A stretch of 55,696 bases of DNA, the filler included, from Platydemus manokwari (lineage: Eukaryota), in NCBI GenBank assembly GCA_037951405.1. It is 4 parts of 4 records of this genome, joined end to end, with 100 filler letters (N's around TTAATTAATTAA, not from the genome) between each part and the next. Parts side by side here need not be neighbours in the genome. Positions count along the whole stretch, not along the records: positions 45,241 to 55,696 come from JBBMOY011132439.1; 3 more parts are not named here. One strand, 5' to 3'. Below the pieces are notes generated by a model. The model saw only the letters and a list, made by a program, of their open reading frames with translations. It was not told the origin of the DNA and made no database searches. Position numbers and translations under genes: made by a program. Each line of letters starts with the position of its first letter. The stretch's first letter is position 1. Of the stretch, positions 52,946 to 55,696 are shown piece by piece.

Positions 52946-55696
52946 TTTAATATTGTTTTGTAATTAAGAAATGAAATTATTTTCTCATTCATTTAAACAA
53001 AATGAAAAACAATTTCCTTAATTTTAATTTAAATTTTTTTTACCGCTCTTTAATTATAATCTAAATGGTTGAATTTTATCATTGATAGTTTTATATTTAT
53101 ATGGAATTCTATAATAATAATTTTTATATTTGAAATTATTACTTACATGAATAAATTTTATGTATTTCTTAATGATGTCATATTATATTAAAAATCCCGA
53201 AAATTATTTTTTTGCAGTTTTTGGTCTGTTAATTTTTCTGAAGACAGATTTATCTTAAGTCACCTCTTGTAGTTTATTTCTTTCTCAAGTATTACCTCAG
53301 AACTTTTTATTCTCAATTGTTGTTAATATTTTCTTTTTATAACTACTTTCGATTGTCGAAGTCCTTTAAAATAGAATAAATAAATTTACGAAATAGTTCG
53401 ATTGCTTTTATGACCTTAAGTTTTTAGTATGACATTTTCTTTTTTTCAATGTATACTAAAAAATAAGATAATTCTGATATTATTAATTAAATTTTAGTTA
53501 AATTTTTCCTCAATATTAATTATTACACCTTATATAATTGATAGTTATTCCTCTTGAAAAGTGACTATAGGTGTCCGTGAAAATATTATTTAATGTCGCA
53601 GAATATTATGAGTATCGTCATGAGAATTATTATTATTCTGATTCAGTTTAACCTTTCTTTTCATCATAATAATGGGCTTTGTAAATTTCTAAGGTTAATC
53701 GATTAATTTTTTACTCAATGATTATTAAATAAATTGATTAATAAATTCAATTTTTAATGAAAGATTTGTAATGTAACCTATATCGATTTCCTAGAATATG
53801 ATTTGTAACTTCTACTGTTCTATATTAAGTTATGTATCCAATTATATTATGATTATCGTATCAAGTTATTTTCAAGTTGATATTTTTATATATCAACATA
53901 TTGATAGTTTATCTCTCATTTTGTTATATTACAAATATAAGAATAGCTTCTTTTGAATAAACTGTTTTAAACTCGGCAATAATATCAATAATAAATAAAT
54001 ATATAAACAGCTTGCAGTTGATCCAATATAAATTTAGTACAAACTAATTAGTTCTAACTGAAGCATGTAAAGCAATTTAATTAAGAGTTTGTTCATTATG
54101 TTGCTCGTTTACTTCATGGGCGAAATATTGATTTTTCATAACAATACTTTTGTTGAAATCTAAAAATTTACTTAAGAATGCGGAATAATATCTCTAAGAT
54201 CAATGTACTCATATTAAGACCTACTTGTACTCTATATGTTGATTCCAAATAGTGAACAGCTATTTGTTTACTTTTTTATATTTGCTTTCTTTCCATGGAT
54301 TTTTGCAATGATTAATTAATTATTTTGTTTCTGAAACTCTTCCGTAATTATTAAGTTATCTTGTTTATACGTTTGAAATTTTGCCAAATAGTGTTTGCTT
54401 GGTTAATTTTTGATGAATATTACAATAAGACACAAATAGCAAATAAAATTGTACACGACAACAGATTTCTCGTTAGATGATCGAATTATTATCCTTAAAA
54501 TTCAATTCCAAGGATGAGCAGAGCTCTCTAAATATGAAATATACGAAACAGTGTAGATGGTAATGTTATTTTACAATAGGTAATGTTTACTTTGTTAGGG
54601 CTTATTGATGATTCTAATGAGAAAGATCTTCCTATAAAATTATTGGCCAAATATCTTAATTTATGTATCCTCGAACTTGGTTTTTAATATAGTCGGTGGT
54701 TATGCTGATGATAGCTTCTAAGCTTGATTTAGTGGTTTTTTTTATAAAAGGCATGACCATTGATGTTGACTGGCCTTTATATGATCTTTTGTTGAGCAAT
54801 GAATTCGGACGCTTATTTGATAATTCTAATAATTATTCTTGATAATTATGGGGATTTTTTATTTGCATCTGAATTTATTTATTTATTCTATTTATTTATT
54901 CTTCGTTATTTTTGTTACAAAACAAAATAAGAAATTTTTATAAGAATAGTTTTTCAATAAATGTAGATTAAATATATTTAAAATGAAGGCACTTACCCAA
55001 TTATCCTTTACGAGAAATCTTTACATGACGAAGCTTGATTAATATCATTACAAATAAAACAATAATCAATAACTGATTATTACATAATTAATAAAATTAA
55101 CAATTTTCCTATTTTATTCATGCAAGATAAATTAATGTTAAATATAGAAAGATCCATCCAATTATTAATTTAATTCTTTATTCTACTTTTAAACGACTTA
55201 ATAATGTTAACTATCTCATATTTTATGCTATTAAATATTAAATCTTCATAGATTTCTTATCCAATGGTATTTTAAACATTTCATACACAGATTAAGAAAC
55301 GCTATTAGTATAGCACATAAAATAGCTTTTAATTAACAATGTTAGTGTCTTAAGCTGTTATGATTGTCAACTGGATTTTTGCTTCATTGAATCCCAGCAC
55401 TGTTGTCCTATTGAATTAATTCTCGTTACTATAGTTATCACTAATTGTGTGCTTATCTGGGTTTTCATTACCACAAATGGATACATTATATATTAAAAGG
55501 TTTTAATATTGAATTATAAATTTCCCCTATAAAAATTCTTGTACGAGTTATAAAAATTACTGTAGTTATGTTTCTGCTGTTGATTTCCTAGATATGGATC
55601 TCGCCTGGCGCGTCTCGTATCCAAACTTGTGACCTCAATAAATATACTGATGCATATTAAAATCAATACGGCTAAATGCTATTTACGTGGTCTAAC

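Overview
Very AT-rich eukaryotic genomic DNA with 45-60 nt introns. Composition and gene content suggest a triclad flatworm (planarian), which is an inference. The window is not one contiguous locus: three identical 100-bp artificial spacers (44 N + TTAATTAATTAA + 44 N) split it into four segments (1-10327, 10428-29350, 29451-45140, 45241-55696) whose linkage is unproven. Segment 1 holds the 5' half of an NR4A nuclear receptor gene, ending after the first zinc finger. Segment 2 holds two paralogous two-exon genes for 286-aa putatively secreted proteins with an apparently undescribed architecture (signal peptide + PAN/apple-like domain + a domain resembling the TCAF/FAM115 N-terminus). They lie among decayed transposons: a Maverick protease, an RLE-clade LINE, a pogo element, a Helitron and a hAT MITE. 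Segment 3 holds the large Ser-rich last exon of an OSER1-like gene, with RFX X-box-like motifs downstream. Segment 4 holds a same-strand cluster of nuclear poly(A)-binding protein (PABPN1-like) genes: one with 3 introns, one intronless and intact 422 bp downstream, and the 5' end of a third copy, plus a Buster-type hAT element. All family assignments come from motif recognition by eye; no database search was run.
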